64,000 nucleotides of DNA, taken from assembly GCA_964188305.1 (NCBI GenBank), contig OZ076890.1; one strand, given 5' to 3'. The notes below the pieces were generated by a model. The model was not told the origin of the DNA. It saw only the letters and a program-made list of their open reading frames with translations, and did no database searches. Source of the stretch: Podarcis bocagei. Taxonomy: Eukaryota. A program made the position numbers and the translations under genes. This document shows, one piece after another, positions 1-12,100 of the stretch. Position 1 is the first letter of the stretch; each line of letters begins with the position of its first letter.

Positions 1-65
1 ACCTAATTTACAGTGATAAATAACCAAGTAGCATATTCTCATTCATTCTTTTTTTCTGTTCATAG

Positions 66-146
66 GCACCTACAAAGGCTGCTCCAAAGCAAAAAATCAT
101 GAAGCCGGTAAAAGTTTCTGCTCCTCGTGTTGGTGGAAAACGCTAA
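66..146 (+). CDS. RPL24: 60S ribosomal protein L24, last coding exon (gene begins upstream of window)
   Basis: Acceptor ttttctgttcatag, then [29 protein letters not shown], the RPL24 C-terminus. AATAAA at 173-178. Synteny with ZBTB11. Confidence 0.96.
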   Translation, partial: [26 protein letters not shown]

Positions 147-172
147 CTTTTTTGACTGCTTTGGTTACATGA

Positions 173-178
173 AATAAA
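173..178 (+). terminator. RPL24 polyadenylation signal
   Basis: AATAAA 27 nt after the stop, followed by GU-rich tgtctgtttcttggt. Confidence 0.8.
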
Positions 179-894
179 CATTTGACATGTAAACTGTCTG
201 TTTCTTGGTCACTTCTGGGGATTTTGTGTAATTTTCTTACCTTAAATATTAAAAGTTATTTATATGTCATTAATGACTAGAAAGGTGGGCATAATGGCTA
301 GAATGATAGGCAAGGATTTTTGTGGGGAAAAACTAAAAATGCCTTTTGTAAGACAGTTAAGAAATGCTAGTGTTTATTTCGTTACAATGCAAAAAGATGT
401 TGGGGAACATTTATTTAAGAAAAATAAAATAAAAACATTTCAATTATCAATTTAATAACTGGTATTTAAAAACATTTAAAAGATGAGTAAAATCCAATGG
501 TAGCTAAAAAGAAAACAAGTAACATTCCATTTGTATTCAAACACACCTTGATTGATTCACCTTAAATTCTACTCCACTTTACATTCTCCCTGTTATCTCT
601 GCCTTCCTTCAGTGTTTCATGTGAATCTAAAATCCACTGCAGAATTGATAAATTTAACTCAGATTTGCTGTCCATACTGCTTCATATGTTTTCTAAACAA
701 TGGTGCAAATTTGACCACAAAACAAGTATTCTAAAAACAGACAACCTCTCAAGTGGTGGGAGTACTGGTAGAGGATCCCCTTGAGCCTGGAGCGCATGGT
801 GGAGCTGACAGGCAGCCTGGACTGGAAACGGCAGGAGAGCAGGCTCCCCTGGAGAAACCCCATCTTGGAGCTCCCTGGCGCCTTGAAGACTGGG

Positions 895-1080
895 TGTGCA
901 AGGTTCACTTCTTGCAGTGAGGGAACCACCAGAAGGTGCTGAATGATGGGTTGGAGATGCTCCTTTAGGTATACAGGGCCAAGGCTGTTTAGGGCTTTCA
1001 AGGTCAGCACCAACACTTTTCAGATTTCAGTGCTTGGAAACATACTGGGAACCAATGTAGGTCTTTCAGGGCTGGTGTTA
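895..1080 (-). mobile_element. L2-clade LINE 3' fragment
   Basis: Minus strand reads LVLTLKALNSLGPVYLKEHL, typical of the L2 ORF2 C-terminus. Similar to the copy at 57620-57960. Ends approximate. Confidence 0.6.
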
Positions 1081-1859
1081 AGATTCCTATACACCGTTTT
1101 TCTCAACTATTCAGAAATCAGACTCATTGAGTTGAAAGGGACTTAAACCCAGGCAAGTATGTTTAGGATTGCAGTCCATTACTGCAAGCCTATATTCCAG
1201 ACACACTGCACCCTACCCACTACCTTGACTGATTCCATTAGGTGATCCTGCCTGATAAAACCATATAGCCTGATACTAGATGGGTTTCTAAGAGACAATT
1301 CTATGCATACACAAAGTTGCATCAAAATTTGAGAGCTGAATAAAAAATGTATAGGATTTTGCTGTTCTGTTTATCTGCATATGAGCAGAACCTTAATAGT
1401 ACTACTCAGATTTCACAAAAATCTGAGATGGGCACTTGACTGGCATGTTACTAGATATTATACTGTATATCAATGACATACAGTACAGAAAGGTAATTTC
1501 ATTTTCCATATTCTCCATTGTTTGGCCTTATTTTAAGGAGTGGAGAGAAAGTTCTGAAGAGCAGCGGTAAAGCACATGCCGGGCATTCAAATTTTTTAAC
1601 ATGGGACTGGAGTCGTTTGTAAGTAGACGAAACTGAGGTAGACACTCCAAAGTTGTCCCTATGTAATGACTTCAGACTTGTATCATCGAATAGAACAAGA
1701 AATCTAAAACCAAAGATTCAGCAATCTTCAAACGAGGCAATTTAATAAATTAGCTATTGTCCTTTCAATAAATTATTTTACATTGAGTTCACAATTTATT
1801 ATGCAGCCATACGAGTAAAAAGAACAGTTAAGTACACTGGAACGTTTGGATGGGATATT

Positions 1860-3150
1860 TTGCCTGCTTTAAAGATGGCGGCGGCAGCCGAAACACCGGG
1901 CTCTAGTATCGTCTGCGCTTAAGCAGCCACTAACCCGAGCCAAAGCAGGCATCACTTGCCCGCTCCAAACATGGCGGCATTTCCCCCGCCCCCAAACGCC
2001 TTCCCTCATCTCCGTTGAGGGCTAGGCGACATCTATCCCTGACCTCACTTCCGCTTGTGCAGCAGCCATTTTGTCTTTCCGTTGATCCTGCTGCCCGAGC
2101 TTCTTCCTCCCACCCGTCGCCGCGGACCGCGAAACTCCAGTTCCACCCCCTGGGGCCTGACTCTAGTCTAGACCCGACGGCTTGCTTTTTACCCCGCCAG
2201 GCAACTTGCTTTCCCCCCGACCACTCTCGCCGCCACCCCCCTGCTCCCCGTTCTTGCTTTTCCCACCCATTCACCCCGGTCCCGTCTCCTTCGTGGCAAC
2301 CTGTGACAGGAGACGCTTCCCCCACCCCATCCTCCCCTTCCTCCTTCGGCTCCGAGGGACCCCAAGTGCGCACCCCGCCTCCCTCAGACGGCTCGGCTGT
2401 CCCGATCCTCCCTCCGCCGCCGTGGGGGCTAGAGGAAGAAGCGAGCCTCGGGGAAGCGAGTGAGGAGGAGGAGGGCAAGGTCCGGGCGGGCGGGCGTCCC
2501 TCCCTCGCGCGCCCGGCCATGTCGAGCGAGGAGAGCTACCTGGCCATCCTGCGCTACCTGACCAACGAGCGCGAGCCTTACGCGCCGGGCACAGAGGGCA
2601 ACGCCAAGCGCAAGATCCGCAAGGCGGCCGCCTGCTACGTGGTGCGCGGCGGGACCCTCTACTACCAGCGCCGGCAGCGGGACCAGCAGCGCTTCGCCGA
2701 GCTCGAGGTGGTGCTGCAGGCCGAGCGACGCGCCCGGCTCATCCGGGCGGCGCATCTGGAGCCCGACGGCGCCCATCGGACGCGCCTGCAGACCTGGCAG
2801 CGCCTCTCCAAGCGCTACTGGTGGCGAGGTGAGCGGGGAAAGGGGGGGGGCGGGGAAAGGGGGTTCGGGGAAGCGACGGGTCTCCGGGCCCGAGCCAAGC
2901 GACACGCGCGCCACTCGCCCGCCACACCTCCTGCTCCGGGCTTGGAGCGAGGAGCGCCGCCCCTGGTCTAGGCGGACGGAGCTCGCCGCCTCCTCGGAGC
3001 TGCTGCAAGACGGGTCGGAGGAGAGCGAGGGGTTGGGTGTGTCCTAGGACGAACTCGAAGGAGGAGGGGTTCCGCTTAAAAAGACACAGACACACACACA
3101 AATAATCCCCCGCCGAATGCACCCGAGCCTCGTTCCTTAGTGAGCATGTG
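1860..3150 (+). promoter_or_regulatory. CpG-island promoter and first exon of ZBTB11
   Basis: High GC and CpG density. YY1-like AAGATGGCGGC (~1872), ACATGGCGGC (~1969), GCCATTTT (~2064). ETS-like CACTTCCG (~2046). Confidence 0.85.
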
Positions 3151-6100
3151 CTCGCCTGTCCGGCCCCAATGCAGCATCCCTTGCAGTCAGAGGGCGATGT
3201 TGACAAGAAGGGTGGTGGGCTGCTTTGTGGATTTTGGCTGTGGCACCGAGTCTTAAAGTGAAAAAGGTGAATCAGTCGCTAACCCGATTTTCAGGTGTCT
3301 TCAGCTCAGTGTCCGTCCCCCCAATACATTTTGAAACTTAGGTAGATGCCTCCTTTTTGTTTTAACGTTTATCATTTTACATAGATCACCTGTGTTCAGA
3401 GGGCTTTGCCCTGATCTGGTTCTCACAAGGAGACTCTCAACTAAGACACCCCAGCCACTTGTCCTCCCTGTTTGTTTTCCTATTTGTCATGTTGAACTAA
3501 GCCATACTTTGGCTTAGCATGTTGGCCAAACCCAAGGCTCACGGTTTGGCTCTGTCCAAGGTTTATCCTGTGACCAAGCAATATCATGATTTGACTGGGA
3601 GACCTAACCCATGATTTAGGAGCAGGACGGTGGCTGAGGTCTCCTCTCCAGGAGCCTTCATGTTTGTTCTAAGCCATGATTTGGCTTGGTGTGGCAAGCA
3701 CTATCTTACTAAGTACTGTATTATAATAGTCAAGTGGTCAGTAGTATGCCTAGATGGGAAGTCTAGTTTCAACTCTGCTCATTGGGAAACAAGTTCTGCT
3801 GATTTCAGCAGATCTTCAAGTAAGTTCCTATTTCCAGATGAAAAAAATCTATTCCAACCAACTGGATTAATTTTTGAGTAAACGGGTTGACTGCAAGTTG
3901 TTGTTTTTTAATCTTGGAAGCGCACTTCGTTTTTGGAAGGTTTTTTCTTTCTTTTTTTGCATAACTATAAAGAGCAAAAATAAGAGCAGACATTAACATG
4001 GTTAAGTGGATAGTTCAGCTGTATAGAATGTGCTAATGTGTTCATTAGATAATATAACTGTTTCAGAGAAGATCTAATACAGTGGACCTGCAGAGACATT
4101 AATGGTTTAAAAACAATTATTAAGAATATTTTAATTCAAAATATGAGGTTTTCCTGTATATCTAGCACAGTATCTTATTTGGGGTTTGTTTTTAAAAGCC
4201 TGTAATGGGAGGACCACACAGAAAGAACACTAGCAACTTCAAGCATATAAATATAGCAACTCACTGCTGTGTAGGCAGAGGACCAACTTGGTAGGGATTG
4301 TAGACTCTAAACATTGTCTACAAAGGACAAAAAAAACACCTTTAGCAGCATTATGCACAGGCTTGCTTGTGAACCAGGAACATTTCTCAGAGGGTCAAAG
4401 AATGTGACTTGGCAATCCGTCTAACAAAGACATATCTGCTGAAGAACTTCCTGTGCTGTTGGTTCCAAAGTGTGGGGATTGCAAAAGAAAAAAGCGGTGG
4501 GCAGGCCCATCTTGCATGGAAATGTGTGCAGCTTTCAGCAAGTGCATCATTACCATGATTTGGCACATGGATCAGGAGGAAGGGTCAAGTAAGCAACATG
4601 GAGATGCAGCTTGAAAGAGTGGATGTCTTGAATTAATGCATGCATCTCTGATTTGCACTAAGTCACACAAGGAGGTCTGGTAGAAGGTGGAATTGTTGAT
4701 TCTTGATTATTCTGTTTCCATACAGTCTGAGTGGAATTATTATCAAAATGAAAGACAAATGTTGTTATTTTCTAGAATTACTTGCTGAATATTACCTGAA
4801 AGGACAAAGGTGAATACATCCTTTTTTGCATCAATGAAGCAATATTTACAATGATTTTTTTTTTTTTTTGGCATGCCTTTCTTTAGGTATTCTGAAGCAG
4901 GTTAAAGATTATATTAAGGAATGTAGCAAATGCCAGGAAAAATTGGATCGTTCCAGATCTTTGTCTGATCCTTCTGAAATGCTGGAAGAACTAGGTTTAG
5001 ACACAATATCCCACGAAGATAGTAATGAAACAGATGATGAATTAAGTAACTCAGCGTCGCTTCCAGCAGCTTTGCCAAAACCTGTGAAAAAGAAGCCAAT
5101 AGCCAAACATGAGCTTGTTTTTGTAAGTAACTTTTTATACAATCTGGTACCAAGGTTTATTTTATATTTGTATTACTTAATGATGTAAATAAAAGATTTA
5201 AGCTAGGATTTACAAGTGAACAAAGTTTAAACACACTGCTTGTTACTTTTTTTTTTTTAAAAAAATCCCAGGTTGATAGTAAAGGTCTTGTGAAACAAAC
5301 TTCTCCAAAGCATTCTCTGTCAGTCTTAAACCAACTGAATCAGCAGCGGCTTTCCAGTCAGTTTTGTGATGTTACTTTGCTTATTGAAGGTGAAGTGCAC
5401 AAAGCACACAAATCTATATTGGCAGCCAACAGTGAGTACTTCAGAGAACTTTTCATCGAAAAAGGAGCTATTTCCAGTCATGAAGCTGTGGTGGATCTTT
5501 CAGGTAAACTGATCTAAGCAAAAACAACAACCCATAAATAATGGGGTGGGTGTGTTTTTTTTTGGGGGGAGGGCTATTCAGAATTTGTTTGGTCAAATAG
5601 AAAAGATGTTGAAAACCTGTAGAGTGTCTTGTCCCGTCCCCCCACCCCCAACACCATCAAAGAGGACTGAATGATTTCATTTTGTCTGTTTGCATACTCT
5701 GCTTAGATTGATAGGTAGTTGATTTAGTCAGACAAATTTCCCCAGCTGGTTTATTTATTTAATAGATCTTTACCCTGCCCTTTCAGGACAAGAAACTCCC
5801 CCAAGGCTTAGAGTAATTCTTTATTAAGTATATTAATTACAGATCAAAAATATTGAAATAACCAGATAAAAGCAGCAGAGAGCAGTGACACACATTAAAA
5901 ATTAATAAAACTCTGAACAAAACAGAAGTTTTTTAAGATATGCTGAAAGGCAGATAGCAACAAGGCCATATATACTTCCCTACAGAGAAAATTCCACAAG
6001 ATATTGGGTCACCGCTGAAAAGAGCCTGTTTGAGGCTTGCCATATTATAAACCGTCCCGTGATCTTTGGATGAAGGGTGGTATAGAAATTATACATATGA

Positions 6101-9100
6101 ATGATCGACCTCGATGGAAGGCCAGAAAGCTGTTTGTGAGCAGGATGCAGGACTATATACATGGCCTGATCCAGCAGGGCTGCCCTTCAAGACATGCATA
6201 CCATTCAGTATGATATGCTGTCTCCAGAACTAAGTCCCAGAGTTTCTTTGTTTCTGCTGGCATTTCATATGCACAAACAGGAGGAGCTAACAGGGTGTGG
6301 TAGTAGAGGACGGAGATGCCAGGGACACAGAACTACTGCTGCTGATATGTGAGTAAGGAAGTTAGGTCTCTGCTGTCCAGAGTGTATGGGAGAAGTTGCA
6401 TTAGATCCCAAATACAGGGAATAATATACTGCTGTACTGGCCATATTTAGAAATCACGCATCCAGAAACATAAGACATTAAAACAAAGTGAACTTAAAGA
6501 AACTAGAGAGTGTTACATTTTGCTGCAGAAAAGCCTCTTAAGCATGTTTCAGACAAATGGAACCTCTCTCTTTCAGCTTGTATAGTTTCTCCAGAAAATA
6601 TGTTAGGGGTTCCTATTCAATAGAGACCAGAGCAGGCAACCTTTACTTTGAGAGAGCTTCTGGGACTGTCATATGGATAGGCCACACAGTGTCTGATTTC
6701 TAAAATCCTTCAGCTGCACTTCTAAGGTAATCCTCCCAAATTTGCCTAATTTGTCCTGGCAGTATTCATTTTCTCTTCAGAACTCCAAGAATGTGGTCAT
6801 ACAAATCAAAAATTATCCCTGAGGACTTTGTTCATATGGTTTGAGGCTGTTATTATAGTTAGCTGGTAATGAACAAAAACAGCAGTTTATTTCTAAATAG
6901 TGATCATCTCTTAAAACCCTTTTGTCACCTTCTTCCTTATTTGTTGCAGGCTTTCGCAAGGCCAGCTTCCTCCCTTTGCTAGAATTTGCTTATACCTCAG
7001 AGTTGACGTTTGATTTCTGCAATATGGCAGCAGTAGCTGAGCTGGCCCAACATCTCGTCATGACAGAAGTCCTGGAAATCTGTGAAAATGTGCACAAGCA
7101 AATGGAAGATAAACAAATCACAGTGTACCAAAAAGGAGATGTTCAGATAGTCGAGGTAGCGCAAACTCTTTTAGAGCAGAACGAAAGTGAGGTAGCTCAG
7201 AATCTTTCAGAGCAAAACGAAAGCCCATTGAACCCAGCGGACAGCGTGGAGCAGCCTTTACCTACAGAAGATGCTGTAGCAACTGTGAATGGAACATGTT
7301 CGAGTACTGATGTGGAAGAAATGGCTACGCCTGAGGCTGCACCGCAAACTGCTTCAGAGCCTCTCGTGGACAATCCTCCAGAGCCTCTAGTGCAATCTAC
7401 TTGTGTAGAAATGACCGAAACTGAAGAAAAAAACCAAATTGTAGAATGTACCACAAGTCAGACTGTTTCTGTAGTGCAGTCAGAGCCTCCAGCAGCAGAA
7501 CAAGTCATTATCAGCACTCGAGCAGAAAGCGATACCGATCAGAACGATGGAAGTGAACAAAATGTGATCAGCGAAGCAAATGCAGATGCTGCCTCTGAAG
7601 ATAATCGGGAAGGACTTAAGCGAAAACGTGGCAGGCCATGTAAAATGCAGAGCACTCCTCAGTCTCAGTCAGAGACCGCAGTTTCCAGTCAAGATGACAC
7701 CTACAAAAGCAAGCTACGTCAGCGTTCTGTGAGTGAGGGAGGCTATATCAAGTTGCACAAGGGCATTGAGAAAAAACTACAAAATAGAAAGCCGGCAGCC
7801 AAATCAGCCATTCAGCAGGTATGCTCAAAATCTTACCACCCAAAAAACTTTGTGTCCACTGAGCTATTTGTTTGCTTGTTTGTTTGTTCGTAGTAATAAG
7901 GATATATCTTTGCTTCCCTTTCTTGCATTTCAATCCCAGCAAGGCTTCCAAGGTGGTTTACAATAAAAAATAATTTTAAAAGATGTAATGTATACAAAAT
8001 CGAAACATCATCAGATGTAATGATTAAAACAGTCAACAAAAGTAAATTCAACAGTACAAGAAAACAATTCCAGTTCCACTGTCCGTTTGCGATCTCGCTG
8101 CTTCCTGCTGTACCCTTAATATCAGGGGCAGACATAACAGGGCCTTGCCAGAGCATGTGAATTCACTAGAAAGATATGCAGGAGATATTCAAGGACCGCT
8201 TTTCCCCATATCAAGGTCTAGAGGGTGGCAACCTGAGTACAGGCCTTTTCTCTGGTGACTCCTTGTTTGTAGAATGCTCCCCCCCCCCAGGGAGGCTAGC
8301 CTGTTGCCATCATTATATATCTTTAGGCACCAAGCAAACAAAACCTTTCCTTTATAACCAGGACTTTGCCTTCAGCTATCTTTGGCCTTTTAGAAGTGGT
8401 TGGGATGTTTTTAATATATTTCTGTTTCCTCTTTATTGAAATATATCTGTGTGGGGTTTATTGTCTATTTGTTTGGTTGTAAGTTGCTTTGGCCTGGGCG
8501 AGATAAAGCGACAGACAAATTTAATAAATGATGATGATTTCACTGTGAATATGCCCTAACTTGTTCCTTCCTTTCAGGAGGCTTATTGCAACATTTGAGA
8601 ACCTATGAATTAATGTGTAGAAGCCTTGAGTAAGCACAGCCTATATGTAAACTACTTGTACAGTGGTACCTCGGGTTACATACGCTTCAGGTTACATACG
8701 CTTCAGTTTATAGACTCCGCTAACCCAGAAATAGTACCCCAGGTTAAGAATTTAGCTTCAGCATGAGAACAGAAATAGTGCTCTGGCGGCGCGGCGACAG
8801 TAGGAGGCCCCATTAGCTAAAGTGGTGCTTCAGGTTAAGAACAGTTTCAGGTTAAGAACGGACTTCTGGAACGAATTAAGTACTTAACCTGAGGTACCAC
8901 TGTAGAGTGGTTTGGTAATGTGCAAGCAGAAAACTGAAATCACAGCTTCACCATGACATACCTCTTAATTCAAAACTAGATTTGTGCTCCATTATTGAAC
9001 ACTTTGGTCATTGCAGCTCCTACGTTGCTCTATATAGAGGTGAGCATGCACCAAAAAGCGTCGCTCCTTGCAGGCTACATGTACAGCATGAACATCTGTA

Positions 9101-12100
9101 GCAAAGGATATGGCAGACATACAGCTGTACATGTGAAGACTTCAGTGTGACCTGGGTCCCCAATCATGTAGAATTCTAGCTGTACACACAAACGCTTTGG
9201 TGCTAACATACATTGGTGCTGTACACACAGAAAACAGGTGCTGGAATAACCTGGTACGCTTCTGCTCCTGTGGAGAGGGCTCGCATGTCTGAAGAGGGTT
9301 CACATGTTGTGGAATTCTGAGCTAATACGAGCATGTAGGTTTCATGGGGAATATCACATATATCTTCCTCATGTCCCTTTGCTAAAATTGCTGAGATATT
9401 CTAAAAGAAAACTGTTATGGGTTTCAGAACTCACAGGGTTAAGGAGTTCTGAGATGACGTCTCACATTCCTGAGGCGTGGTCACAAACACTTACGGGAGT
9501 GGCTTGGCTCTGAGTTTTTTCAGTCTGTCGCTATGCGAGAGGGAGAATGGGCGAGCTTTCGCCAGGTCTGATTTATACTGTTATTCTACATGATTAAAGG
9601 CTAAGAAGATAAGGAATGCCTTGTGTCCGTTCTGAATTATTACTCACACGCTGCAATTGCTTTCTAACCGCTGTGATCGCTCTGCTACCAGCCAAGGAGA
9701 GGCAGAGAAGGACTTTTGGATCAGCACGGACAGGCAGCAGAGCTGCGCAAGGGAAGCGTGCCAGGCTCCATGTTTAGCCTCTCTTGGCACTCTTGGCTGG
9801 CATATTGGCATAAAAACTTCCTTTGCTATTTGGGTTGTTGATTTTACAGTCCCTCCCTCCCCCTATGTAATGTTAATTGTAACCAATCCTTTTCAATTAG
9901 GTTGCCATGAAGCTAGTGCAAAGAGGCAAGAAGATGAAGCAGCCCAAGAGAGACACTTCAGAGCACAGTGAGACAGAAGCTCAGCACAAATGTGGTGAAT
10001 GTGGAATGGTTTTTCAGAGGCGTTATGCTCTTATAATGCATACGCTGAAGCATGAAAGGACAAAGAATTTTAAATGTCCAGTAAGTTTCCCCTTAAAATT
10101 ACTCTAAACTGGCACTTCTGTAGCAATGCTTGTTCATGCATTTATTACTTAACTTTATTTTTTTATTTTTTTAAATTGTACAAACTACCATTTAATACAG
10201 AATTTAAAAACAGCTCAAGTGTTATGTAAATGTTAACAATAAATTAAAAGCATCATGCGATTGAACGTTCCCTGAGATTTGTCATTCAATAATTTAAGAA
10301 ATATAGATCTTTCAATAAATCTGTTGGTTTTGTTAATCTGTGTTGTCCTAGAATATATTAATTTAAACAGTCTCTCAGTAAACCATAATTTCTCAAACCA
10401 ATATACAGTATTGTTAGAGGAGCATTGTTTCCCCTTGTTGTTTTTTGCTAAAATTGTTTGGTTGCTTCTAGCAAATTGACATATGGAACTGTGTTTTTTA
10501 GATAACCCCAGTAGTATCTTAGGATACCAAAGCTTAGGTTACCCAAGTGTTTTTGTAACTGATTATATTACAAAAGTTCTGAAAGATAGGAAATTCCCAT
10601 TATATGTGCAAAAATATCTGCCTGTGTCATCCCACAGCTCCAGCAATTGTCCTGTCCTTTTCTATAAATTAGGTTTAATGTGTATGGTGTTAAATTCCAT
10701 TGCTATTAGATTTTAAAATTTCCCTTTAAATTTGCTGAAATTAGCCTGGCTAGGGAATGAGTACATAAGCATTTCCATTCATCAGTTCTCATTTCATGTC
10801 CAACATCTTTCTATTCTTTAAATGCTAGATTAATTGAGTTGTGTACAGCCTACCACTTCCCTTTGATTTGGCATTTAACATTGCAATAATCTCCCAGCGT
10901 AGTTTCTCAAAAGATAACAATTCCAACTTAAACTTTCATCACTGCTCTTAAATATGTTTCAGCTCTCCAGTCAGATAGCTTAGATTCATAGTCTTGGAGT
11001 GTTACAAGGCAAATGTTGTCGCCATTCCTGTCTGCAATTTGTAATATGCATAAAGTGGAACAGACTTTTAGAATGAGTTGTCACAGATCTCTTAGTCAGA
11101 TCTATGCATTGCTATTTATACATTACTTTTATCTGTAAGGTATGCAAACCTGGAAGTAAGTCCCTTATCTAGTAGATGGAGAGAACTCTTCCAGCTACAA
11201 AACTGGTATGAATGTTGATCTCTGATTCTTAGTGTTAAGATTTCAAGTGACATATCAAAACAATTTTATGTTTCTCAGCTGTGCAAAAAAGAGTTTCAGT
11301 ATGGTGCCTCGCTGCGAGCCCACCTTGTTCGCCATACCCGAAAAAACGAAGTGACTGTTGCAACTGCCAGTATAGAGGAGAGTGGTGCAGCTATGAAGGG
11401 CAGAACTAAACGGGAGTTTATCTGTGATATATGTGGAAGAAGTTTGCCTAAACTCTACTCTCTGAGAATCCATATGTTGAAACATACAGGTGTAAAGCCA
11501 CATGCATGTAAGGTAAAAGTAATGCTTTATGGTCTCACATTTTTGATGTATTTCTTGCGATATTTTAGCCATGTGGCTTAAAGCTTATATGAAGTTCAAT
11601 TGCTATCTGAAAGTAACAGAATTCATAACAATGAATACTGCTGAAATGAAGGAAAAGTGGATGGGAACTTTATGTTAAGTTTTAATGTAGCCTTGAAAAA
11701 CCTCAGTATTAGGCTGTGAAACCTTTCATGAATTATAAACCATAGTTAAAATCTTGATTCTGCAATACTTCAAAAAGGCGGATGCTATGGCCACCATGTT
11801 TCATTTACTTAATCCTAAAGGCCTAGATTTCAGTTTGAACTTGCATTGGCTCCATTGATACCTAAATAATATTTAGCTAAGTCATACTCAGAGTAGACAT
11901 CTACAGAGTAGAGTTGAAATTAATTGAGGTAAGTTACTGAAGCCTATTGATTTCATTGTGTCTGCTCTGCGACTAATGTTGATATCACCCAGCCACTTTG
12001 GCTTTCATATGTATTGGGTGAAATCCAATGCTGCCATTCTACTGGCAGAACAGCTTTTGATCCAGCAGTGGTGTCTGTGCGCTTCAAGACCTCCCAACAA

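Noticed and set aside
2182-3206. Overlapping ORFs of 70-160 aa in the ZBTB11 CpG island
   Set aside because: Alternative-frame or antisense products of GC-rich, stop-poor sequence with no recognisable domains.
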